From Candidatus Hermodarchaeota archaeon (GTDB lineage: Archaea; Asgardarchaeota; Hermodarchaeia; Hermodarchaeales; Hermodarchaeaceae), in NCBI GenBank assembly GCA_016839805.1, contig JAEOTO010000032.1, forward strand, positions 202,564 to 266,563: 64,000 nucleotides of DNA, given 5' to 3'. The notes under the pieces were generated by a model, which did no database searches, was not told where the DNA came from, and was given only the letters and a program-made list of their open reading frames with translations. Shown here one piece after another: positions 42,901-51,490 of this stretch (position 1 is its first letter; every line of letters begins with the position of its first letter). Position numbers and translations under genes: made by a program.

Positions 42901-44972
42901 CCACGAAAGCCCTTGAAAAAGTCAAAGCACTCAATTTGAAAAAAGGCGATCATATTCCTGTCATATGTTCAAATCATATACCTTCGGATTATTCCATATC
43001 CTCATTTAACGTCCTTCAAGAGCTGGTTATTAACCTCCCCCATACAAAAAAATTCCAAAAGTTTAAACATGCCACACGACTTCGTGAAGCGTCCAAATGG
43101 ATGAAGTCTAAACTTAACCAGTTTGGTCTGAGTCTTCTACAAAATAAGACTAAGGTGAATTTGCAACCGAAACCAGGTCAATGGAAAATTTCTAACACTT
43201 TACGAAAATATTTCCAATCCAAACTTCCAAGACGACCCTACAAACAAATTTTCAACTACAATTGGTTCAACTCTATTCCATTATCCCACTTGGAGATCCT
43301 TGAAAAAGAAGGCGTGTTCAAATGGGAAGAAATTCCAAACACGTCCAAAATTGGAATGGCACGTGATGCAAAGACAATTTCTCCTTATATCCCATTTACA
43401 GATGAATTTTGTCGTCTTTTAGGATACTATGTCACTGAAGGTTACATAAGGGATGAACCTAGCTGCTACCAAACCAACTTTAGTGTTCCCAATCAGGAGA
43501 TTCGTAATCATCTTAGAACACTAATTAAAAACATTCTTGGCTCGAAACCTTACTACAAGCAAGATAATCATCAACTAGTTCATTCAAATCGTATTCATGC
43601 GTATTTGTTGGCCTACGCATGGGAAATGGGCAAAAAAGCACTAGATAAACGAATACCAAATTTCATTTTCAATGCCAAGAAACAACACCAACTTCATTTT
43701 ATATCAGCCCTCATCGATGCGGACGGATCAATAATTCCCCAAGCATGCCGAACTACCCTCTATACGGGTAATAAAAAACTAGCAGAAGATTATTGTCTCC
43801 TTTTCTCGTCCTTAGGAATTTTTGCCCGAATTAGTCCTGTAAAAGGTGGACGCTTTGGTCAAAAAGTGTTAGAAAGATACGATGAACTTGGGATCCCACC
43901 GAAGGAAACAACGGGTCTTTACCACGTCAATATTCCCGGATGGGAGAACATACCACTATTACCAAATCTATTATTGGTTCATAGGAAAAAATCTGAAAGT
44001 GTCCAGAAAATAATCAGAGAGGGGTACCCCAAGTCGCAAAGGATTTCAAGAATTAGTGACTCGATGATAGCTGATCAAATTAAAAATATTGAATATTCCC
44101 ATGAAACTAATCCTTCATACTGTCTTGAAGTTCAAACGGTGAACGAAGAAGTTCCTGCTTATCATAACATCGCTCAAAACACAATGTTATGCGTTGCTCA
44201 ATGTGATGGTGATGAGGATAGTGTGTTGTTGGCTCTTGATCCGATGATTAATTTTTCGCGGGAGTATCTTCCAACGTCGCGGGGTGGGACGATGGATACT
44301 CCGTTGGTGCTCAGTGTGTCGATCACTCCGAAGGAAATTGATGCTGAAGCACATAACATTGATGGAAATGGGATTTATCCGCTTGAGTTTTATGAGCGGA
44401 CGATGCAATTCGCAGATCCCAAGGATGTCGAAGATATCTTTGATTTAGTAGCTCATCGGGTGGTTGATCATCGAATTAGTCCTACAGCAGAGTCCTATGG
44501 CCTGCAGTTTTCACATCCTACAGGTGATGTAAATTATGGTCCACGGATTACTACCTATACGAAATTGAATACAATGCAAGAAAAGGTTGAGCGCCAATTC
44601 GCTATTGGAAGGCGAATTGCAGCAGTGGACGTCCAAGACATGGCTAGGAGACTTTTGGACTCCCATTTCCTTCCTGATATTTTTGGAAACATTCGGGCTT
44701 TCTCCACTCAGCAATTTCGGTGTACAAGTTGTAATGAAAAATATCGGCGTATACCATTATCTGGTAAATGTTCAGTGTGTTCAGGAAAATTGGTATTAAC
44801 TGTCACTAAAGCTGGAATTATCAAATATTTGGATTTAGCAACCAAAATCGCTCAAGAATATAATCTACCTCAATATTACCAACAACGATTAGAGATGGCA
44901 GCCAGAATCGTCGATTCGCTCTTTCCTCCTGAAGAAGATAAACAACAAACCACTCTAAAGCGGTTTTCATGA
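39906..44972 (+). CDS. dp2: DNA polymerase II (PolD) large subunit DP2, interrupted by an intein
   Basis: 1688 aa. Conserved DP2 blocks include Zn modules CPRC...CPEC, CPTC...CGEC. The catalytic HPFWHAAKRRN|...|CDGDEDSVLLALD is split by 541 aa. C-terminal CTSC...CSVC. Confidence 0.95.
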   Translation: MRYQESYITAIKDEVQRLDQTAKKARGKGLDPTPNVEMHPADDVAGRVEGLVGPPGVGERIRQLSETEPAQSVAFEIAREIIHGARTEGLDIEAAAEQAIRTALAILTEGITAGPIEGIATVKVKTNTDGSRYLAVYFAGPIRAAGGTEAAQTVIVADAVRQELDLDRYKPSIEHVERYVEEVDLYNRQSHLQYPSKPEEVRVAARNIPVEVTGEPTAEVEVTGYRDLPGVETNRLRGGAILVLNDSILGKTHKLANLVVQHSLSGWDWLENLAPSETDENFIEHRIQPEEKYLEDMPAGRPALAYPSRKGGFRIRYGRSRNTGLAALGVHPATMVLLDNYIACGTQLKIERPGKGCIAMPVDSIHGPIVKLHNGSIIRVDKVDEANQIRDYIAKILFLGDLLIGFGEFRENNHLLIPAGYCPEWWAQEVLSGFLSASSAQRDELFQSVDKQTFSLILNEPFQNFPDPWQALAISTIIGAPLHPRYLYFWEDLSATQLQTLQKWTLQLTVKHNKSRVIELHGPLDTEIEQIIDTLCIPCEIKENKIAFKEAAPILHALFLGETRCKFTSSLDDTIDIMSYLQANWVIPIHPKGTFYIGARIGRPEKAKRRKMDPPPHGIFPVGNAGGATRDIRKAEKKSSITVETNIRLCPRCRENTFLRICPECEIETESIRWCPTCKRQTKAQTCGECGNSTNTYGQIELHLKKYMDRARKCFGERLPGRVKGVKGLMSKHKTPEPLEKAILRARHDLFVYKDGTIRFDMTDAPLTHFKPCELNVSSEKLRELGYAFDRQGNTLNTKEQILELKTQDIIIPYDCAKHLYRVSKFIDDLLVQVYHLDPYYELKAPEDLLGHLVVGLAPHTSAGVIGRIIGFTPLRVCYAHPFWHAAKRRNCIDGSEEILIWDAEKTRLLRRPLGSTVEELINQEVKQRIVDDFGTIAIDNPYHNWFALSFDPEKLHPILQPIKHWIKGQSTNWVEITTQSGRSIKLTPDHGIYKWNNTTKALEKVKALNLKKGDHIPVICSNHIPSDYSISSFNVLQELVINLPHTKKFQKFKHATRLREASKWMKSKLNQFGLSLLQNKTKVNLQPKPGQWKISNTLRKYFQSKLPRRPYKQIFNYNWFNSIPLSHLEILEKEGVFKWEEIPNTSKIGMARDAKTISPYIPFTDEFCRLLGYYVTEGYIRDEPSCYQTNFSVPNQEIRNHLRTLIKNILGSKPYYKQDNHQLVHSNRIHAYLLAYAWEMGKKALDKRIPNFIFNAKKQHQLHFISALIDADGSIIPQACRTTLYTGNKKLAEDYCLLFSSLGIFARISPVKGGRFGQKVLERYDELGIPPKETTGLYHVNIPGWENIPLLPNLLLVHRKKSESVQKIIREGYPKSQRISRISDSMIADQIKNIEYSHETNPSYCLEVQTVNEEVPAYHNIAQNTMLCVAQCDGDEDSVLLALDPMINFSREYLPTSRGGTMDTPLVLSVSITPKEIDAEAHNIDGNGIYPLEFYERTMQFADPKDVEDIFDLVAHRVVDHRISPTAESYGLQFSHPTGDVNYGPRITTYTKLNTMQEKVERQFAIGRRIAAVDVQDMARRLLDSHFLPDIFGNIRAFSTQQFRCTSCNEKYRRIPLSGKCSVCSGKLVLTVTKAGIIKYLDLATKIAQEYNLPQYYQQRLEMAARIVDSLFPPEEDKQQTTLKRFS
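42579..44201 (+). mobile_element. Intein in DP2 with LAGLIDADG homing-endonuclease domain and C-terminal Gln
   Basis: Begins CIDGSEEILIWD (residue 892) and ends TMLCVAQ (residue 1432). The +1 residue is the Cys of CDGDED. Block B is TPDHGI. LAGLIDADG-type motifs LLGYYVTEGYI and FISALIDADGSI. Confidence 0.85.
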
Positions 44973-44990
44973 AGTTACTCAGATTACATG

Positions 44991-45836
44991 CTATGGTGGT
45001 TTTTGTAAAAGAATTTTCATTAAATTCTTGTCACGAATGATACCAACTAGTTCACCTTGTGCAGTGGTGACTGGGAGTTGATCAATATCGTGTCGGCGCA
45101 TGATTTTGGTGACCTCACCAATAGTGGCCTGCTCGTATGTGGTGATGATTCCGCTTATCATCACTTCTGTTACAGGTTTATCTGGAAGTTGTAATTCATT
45201 TGTTGTAATATAGAGCACAGTTGTGGCGTCCCAAGACCAATCCGTTCCTTCGCTTGCTGCGGACGATGTCGATCTGCGTTCACGTACAATTTCACTTAGG
45301 TTTATTATATCGCTTACAGAGATGATTCCCACAAGGTCACCTTTCTCTGAGATAACAGGCAAAACATCAGTAGCAGCTAACCGCATTATCGTGTACGCGG
45401 CTTTCAGAGGTGTATTTTCCCAAACAGCTGTTACTTGTCGCTCAACAAAAGGTGTGATTGGCTCATCGACATATTGCACGCTTATGACCTTTCGGATTAT
45501 CTGATGGACCGTAATCATACCTTTCAGGCGACGTTTTGAATCAACTACCGCTAGCCGTCGAATTCCTTGGTCCAGAAGAATTCGAACTGCTTCTTCAACG
45601 TCGTTTGTCTGAGAGATTACAGGTGGGTTTCTATCCATTAAGAGTGCTAATTGATCCTCATCGGCTTTTCGCATCAAGTCAAGACGTGATACCATTCCTG
45701 CCAGCTCCTGGGTATCCTTTTTCACTAAAGGAATAGCCGTTTTTCCATGATCTGACATAATCTGGAGTACAGTGTCACGAGTACCAGGAACTGACGCCTG
45801 AGCAAATTCCGTCTTCATCACTTCTTTAACTTTCAT
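44991..45836 (-). CDS. Four-CBS-domain protein
   Basis: 281 aa composed of four CBS repeats (for example IPLVKKDTQELAGMVSRLDLM, LAVVDSKRRLKGMITVHQII, LPVISEKGDLVGIISVSDII, LPVTTAQGELVGIIRDKNLM). Confidence 0.85.
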   Translation of the reverse strand: MKVKEVMKTEFAQASVPGTRDTVLQIMSDHGKTAIPLVKKDTQELAGMVSRLDLMRKADEDQLALLMDRNPPVISQTNDVEEAVRILLDQGIRRLAVVDSKRRLKGMITVHQIIRKVISVQYVDEPITPFVERQVTAVWENTPLKAAYTIMRLAATDVLPVISEKGDLVGIISVSDIINLSEIVRERRSTSSAASEGTDWSWDATTVLYITTNELQLPDKPVTEVMISGIITTYEQATIGEVTKIMRRHDIDQLPVTTAQGELVGIIRDKNLMKILLQKPP

Positions 45837-45938
45837 AATAACGCATCCCGAGGAGCAATATCACTGACAAAACAGCATGATATTGAAAACCTTAAGTTAT
45901 TGGACACAGACCGTTAAAAAGGGTTGCTAATCGGATTT

Positions 45939-47270
45939 TCATCGCATTTTGATATAATCATAGGCATCGCGTGCTGTATCAAATGCGTAAAAGACCTTTT
46001 GAAACTCTTTACGAAACTGAGCAACATCTTTAGCAACCTTGTTTGTAGCTTCTTGGTTAAAGACAATTCTACGCATGAATTCTGCTATTTGTGTCATCTC
46101 CGGTTCTTTCATACCAAGGCGAGTAATTTCGCTAGTACCCAATCGTATTCCGCCTGGGCGGATATAATCTCGACCAAACCGTTTGTCCCATGGAAGTAGA
46201 TTTCGGTTTATGATAATATTTGCGTCTTCTAATTTTTCTTCTACAGCACGCCCGTTTCGAAGGGGCGTATCTGCCACTTCAATTAATAGAACGTGTGATT
46301 TGGTAAATCCCTTATGTTCTGCAAGAACCTTGAATCCTTCTTCGGTTAAGGCTTGTCCAAGGGCTTGAGCGTTCTTAATGATTTGTTGACTATACTCTTT
46401 TCCAAATGCCAGCATTTCAGCCATCACAACAGCTTTCGCGGCAACGTGGTGTAGATGATGGTTACTGTGAAGTGCTGGAAAGACGCCTCGTTTAATACGA
46501 TCAGCAAATTGTTCATGCGCAACAATACATCCTCCTTGGGGACCTGGAAGGGTTTTATGCGTGCTGAATGTGAGACTATCTGCCCCTTCACGAAGAGGAT
46601 CTTGGAAATTATCAGAAGCAACTAATCCTGCGACGTGCGCTGCATCATAGTTTACATAAGAACCATTTTCCTTGGCAACCTGTGAAATCTCATCTATTGG
46701 TTGAGGAAACGGAAACACTGAGGCTCCAAACATAAAGAGGTCAATATGCTTGCCCTTTTGCTTTAACCGTTCGATTTTTCTTATCGTCGCATCAACATCA
46801 ATGTTCAACTCGTATTCATCATACTTGAAATACTGAACTTTAAGGCCTCGTACACGGCCTGCTGTGCCCCATAAACGATGACGAGCTGATGAAATGTGAC
46901 CACCAGTTGGAATCGATAAACACATCATTCGATCGCCTGGTTCAGTAAACGCTGTGAGGATACTCAGATTTGCTAGTACTCCACTAATTGGGCGAACATC
47001 AGCAAATTCCGCTCGGAAGAGCTCTTTCGTAAGTTCGTTGCCTAAAATCTCAACCTCATCAATGTATTTCGTCCCAGCGTATACGCGTTCGCCAGGCCAG
47101 CCCTCCGCATAGCGGTCGCTGAAATCTACTTGCATTGCTTCCCGAACTGCAGGAGAGTGAACATTCTCAGAGGCAATTAAATTGATAGTTTCTCGCATCC
47201 AGGAATGGTGCTTTTCTAGGAGTGAGAATATCTTATCATAAGCTGAACGGGGGTCATCTGGAGTCATCAT
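45939..47270 (-). CDS. glyA: Serine hydroxymethyltransferase
   Basis: 443 aa. LIASENV, PLP-lysine motif TFSTHKTLPGPQGG. Confidence 0.95.
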   Translation of the reverse strand: MMTPDDPRSAYDKIFSLLEKHHSWMRETINLIASENVHSPAVREAMQVDFSDRYAEGWPGERVYAGTKYIDEVEILGNELTKELFRAEFADVRPISGVLANLSILTAFTEPGDRMMCLSIPTGGHISSARHRLWGTAGRVRGLKVQYFKYDEYELNIDVDATIRKIERLKQKGKHIDLFMFGASVFPFPQPIDEISQVAKENGSYVNYDAAHVAGLVASDNFQDPLREGADSLTFSTHKTLPGPQGGCIVAHEQFADRIKRGVFPALHSNHHLHHVAAKAVVMAEMLAFGKEYSQQIIKNAQALGQALTEEGFKVLAEHKGFTKSHVLLIEVADTPLRNGRAVEEKLEDANIIINRNLLPWDKRFGRDYIRPGGIRLGTSEITRLGMKEPEMTQIAEFMRRIVFNQEATNKVAKDVAQFRKEFQKVFYAFDTARDAYDYIKMR

Positions 47271-47376
47271 AATCTACTCTTGCATTTTTCAACTAGCCAG
47301 AGATAATTGTTAATTCAAGAAACCTTAAAAACGGATAGGATTTAAGAATCTCACACAATTACTATGCCGGGATTGC

Positions 47377-47574
47377 ATGCCAAAATCAAAAAAGAAACGA
47401 CAATCTGAAGGTCCAATGCCTGCTGCCGGAGCAGGACTTATCCGGTTCTTTGCTGATTCTAGTGAAGGCATAAAAGTGGGTCCAATTACGGTTCTCATAC
47501 TTTCAATTTCGCTAATGGTTATTGTACTATTAGCCCAACTTGGAGTATTAGCTTTCTTCTTCCCAACTTTCTAG
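47377..47574 (+). CDS. Preprotein translocase Sec61 beta (archaeal SecG) subunit
   Basis: 65 aa. Basic N-terminus, PMPAAGAGLIRFF, single C-terminal TM. Confidence 0.8.
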   Translation: MPKSKKKRQSEGPMPAAGAGLIRFFADSSEGIKVGPITVLILSISLMVIVLLAQLGVLAFFFPTF

Positions 47575-47669
47575 CCTTATGATACAGTGTTTCTAGCAGG
47601 CTTAATTAGGGAAAATGCTTATTCCTGCTGATAGTAGATTCTCCTTAAAATGTAGCATGGGACCTAAGA

Positions 47670-48713
47670 ATGTGGCAGTCCTCCTCTGATTTCAAGCTGG
47701 TTAGTTCACGAAACCTAGTTATTAGCGCAGGTAAGCAACGATTTCTATTTGATCCAACTGTAGTTAAGAGTCATTGGCGATCACAAAATACGATTGCATG
47801 CATTTCCCATGCCCATACAGATCATATCGCTGCATTTGAAAGCTCGCTTCAGAAAATCGTGACTCCTCCAACTTTGGATATATACAGAGCTCTTGGAGGT
47901 AAGCCCAGCAAATTTCACCCTATTGTACCAGGTGAAGAATTTTCATTAACAGATGGGGGATCAATACAGGTTCACCCAGCTGGTCATATGCTCGGTGCAG
48001 CACAATTTGTTCTCGAAAAAAATGGGGCAAGACTTGTTTACACTGGTGATTTTAATCTCACTTCCTCCCTAACTGTTAATGGTGCGAATCCTATACGATG
48101 TGATGTTCTATTAATGGAAGCAACTTATGGACGACCTGATGCTGTATTCCCACCCCGCGAACGTGTATACGCTGAAATCGCCGAGTGGACCAGTCATGAA
48201 TTAACCAAGGGAAAAATTCCAGCATTTCAGGTCTATGCTCGGGGAAAAGCTCAGGAGATTATTCAGATAGTAAATACGTATCTTACAACACCAGTAGTTG
48301 TAGATTCGACAATTGCTAAGGTCAGTGAGATATATCGAAAATATGATATTCCCCTCGAATTCATCAATGAACGCTCTGAGGAAGGACGAGAAGTAATGCG
48401 TCAGGGCGGATATGTATACATTTCATCAAAGAGTTTACGTTCACCAAAATCGATTTTCAGGCACCAGTATGTTCGAGCCGCAGCAACAGGATGGGCGCAA
48501 CTATACCAATTGAAAAAAGTAGACAGGGCATTTCCCCTATCAGCACACGCAGATTTTCAACAACTAGTTCAATATGTACAAGCTGCTAAACCACGTGCAG
48601 TGTATCTTACTTGTGGGGACACCGTTACTTTTGGCGCAGTGCTTGAGAAATTAAATGTGAAGCAAATTGTACCTCAACGCCGTCGACAATTAGAGCTTTT
48701 GGATTTTGTTTAA
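47670..48713 (+). CDS. Metallo-beta-lactamase / beta-CASP family nuclease
   Basis: 347 aa. HAHTDH (HxHxDH), GHMLGAA, YTGDFN, EATYG, SAHAD. Confidence 0.75.
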   Translation: MWQSSSDFKLVSSRNLVISAGKQRFLFDPTVVKSHWRSQNTIACISHAHTDHIAAFESSLQKIVTPPTLDIYRALGGKPSKFHPIVPGEEFSLTDGGSIQVHPAGHMLGAAQFVLEKNGARLVYTGDFNLTSSLTVNGANPIRCDVLLMEATYGRPDAVFPPRERVYAEIAEWTSHELTKGKIPAFQVYARGKAQEIIQIVNTYLTTPVVVDSTIAKVSEIYRKYDIPLEFINERSEEGREVMRQGGYVYISSKSLRSPKSIFRHQYVRAAATGWAQLYQLKKVDRAFPLSAHADFQQLVQYVQAAKPRAVYLTCGDTVTFGAVLEKLNVKQIVPQRRRQLELLDFV

Positions 48714-48785
48714 GATTTAGAGAAGCTATCGAATTCGCGCACAGTGATGAATCAAATTTTTTTAATGGATTTAACAGAGTGATGA

Positions 48786-50048
48786 TTACATTGATATTCC
48801 AGAAACATAGGGGGCACCCCCTAGGACGGCTTGAGCGGCTTTCCCTACGCGTTGGCGAAAAGGCGCAGTCGTATAAACACGAATAATATCGAGATAGCCC
48901 TTTAATGAGGAAATCACTCGAGATAACTCCACTATATCGACTGCCACTTTCTTTTTCCCGATATATGCAAAACCAGGGATTTTCATTGGATCTAATTGAG
49001 TGGAATGACGATAAGGTACCGAAGGAAGAATCGGTGAATCCAGATGCACCTTATCAACATTAACCTTCGCCTTAGCTGCAATCTCTTCTTCTATCTGTCT
49101 TCGGACACTTTCCTTATCTAACAAATCGATGGTTGGATGATCCTGGACAAGAGATTCAACAGTATACGCGCATTTGAGTAATTCTCGTCGCTCAAGGCGC
49201 TCGATAATTGGTCGTGAAGCCTTACATTGTTTTAATCCGGTCCAAGTTGTATAGTCATCCATATTTAGATAATCATCCGGGTTCTTAAACGCTGATAAGC
49301 CCAACTCTTCATCTGCAATCTTCAGAGCGTCAGCTAACATGCGTTGTACTCCGCGGCATACCCGATGATAATAGATGCTACGAAAACTCAAAACTCTTGC
49401 AATTAAAAACGCCTCAAGGGTTGTAATTGCCGTGATATTTACAGCTAAATTCCCCTGAAATGGCTCAATAGTATAAATTAACCGAAAAATGTCAACACTG
49501 CCGTATTCAGCTCCAGTATGGAAGGAGTCACGTACAATATAATCTAACTTATCAGCATCCACCGAACTGCGAATAACTTGGTTGAGAAACGTTCTAGTTT
49601 TCTTTTGCAATTTTCCAACAACAAGTTGGCTCAAATCACCAGTATTGAATCCCGCGTCTTTCAAAATATCAGCTAGCTCTGTAGATTGGACTAGCCAAGT
49701 GGTTATATCCTCATGGTTCCGTCCCTGCTTTACTAAAATTTCTTCGAAAATGTGACTAAAGGGACCATGACCAATATCATGCAACAATCCAGCTAATCGT
49801 AATGATTGTATTTCATTTTCATCATTAGTGATATTCTCCGCCATCAATCCTGCTAGATGCATTGCTCCTACGCTGTGTTCAAATCGTGTATGATTAGCAC
49901 CAGGGTAGACAAATTCCGCTCCAGCTAATTGCCGTAAACGACGTAACCGTTGTACAACTTTGGTATCGATAATACGCTTTTCCAGTGGAGTGATTGCTAC
50001 ATAACCATACAAGGGGTCTTTGATGAACCCCCACCTTTCACGAACCAA
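48786..50048 (-). CDS. HD-domain phosphohydrolase (SAMHD1/dGTPase-like superfamily)
   Basis: 420 aa. HTRFEHSVGAMHLA and LLHDIGHGPFSH, later DADKLDY. Confidence 0.8.
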   Translation of the reverse strand: MVRERWGFIKDPLYGYVAITPLEKRIIDTKVVQRLRRLRQLAGAEFVYPGANHTRFEHSVGAMHLAGLMAENITNDENEIQSLRLAGLLHDIGHGPFSHIFEEILVKQGRNHEDITTWLVQSTELADILKDAGFNTGDLSQLVVGKLQKKTRTFLNQVIRSSVDADKLDYIVRDSFHTGAEYGSVDIFRLIYTIEPFQGNLAVNITAITTLEAFLIARVLSFRSIYYHRVCRGVQRMLADALKIADEELGLSAFKNPDDYLNMDDYTTWTGLKQCKASRPIIERLERRELLKCAYTVESLVQDHPTIDLLDKESVRRQIEEEIAAKAKVNVDKVHLDSPILPSVPYRHSTQLDPMKIPGFAYIGKKKVAVDIVELSRVISSLKGYLDIIRVYTTAPFRQRVGKAAQAVLGGAPYVSGISM

Positions 50049-50122
50049 ATAATAAACCTCCTTAACTATTGAACACTGTTCTACAATTACAGATAACTTT
50101 ACTGCTCAAATTACATTTGAAA

Positions 50123-50497
50123 TCACTCTAAATTCATCGCAAGAGTCTCTTCGCTATCTAATTTCAACACAACTTGTCGTACAACCGATAACACAGACGA
50201 CACTTTACTCGCATTTTTTTGTGATAAAAAGAAATTCACAACAACAATTCCCCCCAACTTTTGAGCCGCAACATCTGCAATCGCCCGCACCTCGGCTTGA
50301 TATCGCGTTCCTACCATACACGAGGTCGCCGTTGGCGACAACTCTCCGAACGGTGTCGGAACCCCAATCGCAATAGTTCCAAACCGGTGTTCTCCATCAG
50401 TTATCAACATCAACGTCCCATTTGCCAAACGACTCACAGCAATACTAATTCGAAGATCATCAACCTCTACAGACTCTTCTACAAACTCCGGAGTCAT
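50123..50497 (-). CDS. Hypothetical conserved-looking protein
   Basis: 124-aa ORF in a gene-dense minus-strand run. No family recognised. Confidence 0.5.
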   Translation of the reverse strand: MTPEFVEESVEVDDLRISIAVSRLANGTLMLITDGEHRFGTIAIGVPTPFGELSPTATSCMVGTRYQAEVRAIADVAAQKLGGIVVVNFFLSQKNASKVSSVLSVVRQVVLKLDSEETLAMNLE

Positions 50498-50575
50498 TCT
50501 ACCACCAACCTTTCATACCCTTATTTCCAACGGCTTCAAAAAGGATGCTATATCAAGGAAACCAAGAACGGTAAT

Positions 50576-51484
50576 TTAACAACCAACTCGCTTTTTCAGA
50601 ATCTCCCATTCACGGTTAATACCACGCTCAAACTCCTTCACACGTTCAGGATCTTTAATGAGCGTCCGAAATCGACCCTGCGGCTTCAAATAATCCATCA
50701 ACGGCTTCCGCTTTATTTTACCCTCTGCAATTCGCTTACTAAGACCCAAAAACCGCCACTCATCTCCCTCCTTCTCCCACATGATCCATACACCAGTTTC
50801 AACCGCTAGTTTACCAAATTTAACACTGTCCCAGGTCGCACACCGCCAACCTGTCGGGCACATCGCATGTACTTCAATGAAACGTGTTCCAACAACATCC
50901 TTGGCTTTGGAATAGGTTTCAAAAACCAATCGAGGATATGCAGCCGAAATTGACGCCGTATACGGAATCCCGTGTTCCGCCATAATTCTAGCCATTGGTT
51001 TACGGTGCTCTTGTTTTCCGATAATTGGTGTAGTTGTGCTAAACGCACCATAGGGAGTAGCGCCAGAACGTTGTTGACCAGTATTGCCATAGCTCTCATT
51101 GTTGTAACAAGTGTAGATGAAGTTAGTCTGTCGTTCGGCAGCACCGCTGAGGGCTTGGATACCGATATCATAGGTTCCCCCGTCACCAGCCCAAGCCATA
51201 ACGTTGATATCTTTGTCTTTGCCCATAAACTTGAGACCAGCAGCAATACCTGAGGCAGCTGCTCCGGCTGTTTCAAAGGCGGTGTTTAGAACGGGTAAAT
51301 GGAGAGCATTTTTGGGGAATAGTCCTTGGATGACGGACATGCAACAAGCGGGAACTGTAAGAATAGTGTTACCGCCGAGTGCTTTTAGAGCATGGCGAAT
51401 TGCAATGGTTGCACCACAGCCTGCACAGGCAGCATGACCAAGTTCAATGTATTCATCCCGTGGTAATTCTTTGATGGTTACCAT
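50576..51484 (-). CDS. porB: Pyruvate/2-oxoacid:ferredoxin oxidoreductase beta subunit (TPP-binding)
   Basis: 302 aa. N-terminal Cys motif GHAACAGCGA, TPP motif WAGDGGTYDIG, CPTGW. Confidence 0.9.
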   Translation of the reverse strand: MVTIKELPRDEYIELGHAACAGCGATIAIRHALKALGGNTILTVPACCMSVIQGLFPKNALHLPVLNTAFETAGAAASGIAAGLKFMGKDKDINVMAWAGDGGTYDIGIQALSGAAERQTNFIYTCYNNESYGNTGQQRSGATPYGAFSTTTPIIGKQEHRKPMARIMAEHGIPYTASISAAYPRLVFETYSKAKDVVGTRFIEVHAMCPTGWRCATWDSVKFGKLAVETGVWIMWEKEGDEWRFLGLSKRIAEGKIKRKPLMDYLKPQGRFRTLIKDPERVKEFERGINREWEILKKRVGC

Positions 51485-51490
51485 TGTTGT

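Noticed and set aside
26963-44201. Both inteins count to 541 aa; considered whether they are recent copies of each other
   Set aside because: Their sequences share only the generic intein blocks (for example [17 protein letters not shown] versus ITTQSGRSIKLTPDHGI) and differ elsewhere. Equal length appears to be coincidental.
48735-48790. Two GTGATGA motifs (C-box-like) 38 nt apart, possible C/D box sRNA
   Set aside because: No CUGA D or D' boxes at appropriate spacing on either strand. The second motif overlaps the HD-gene stop region.
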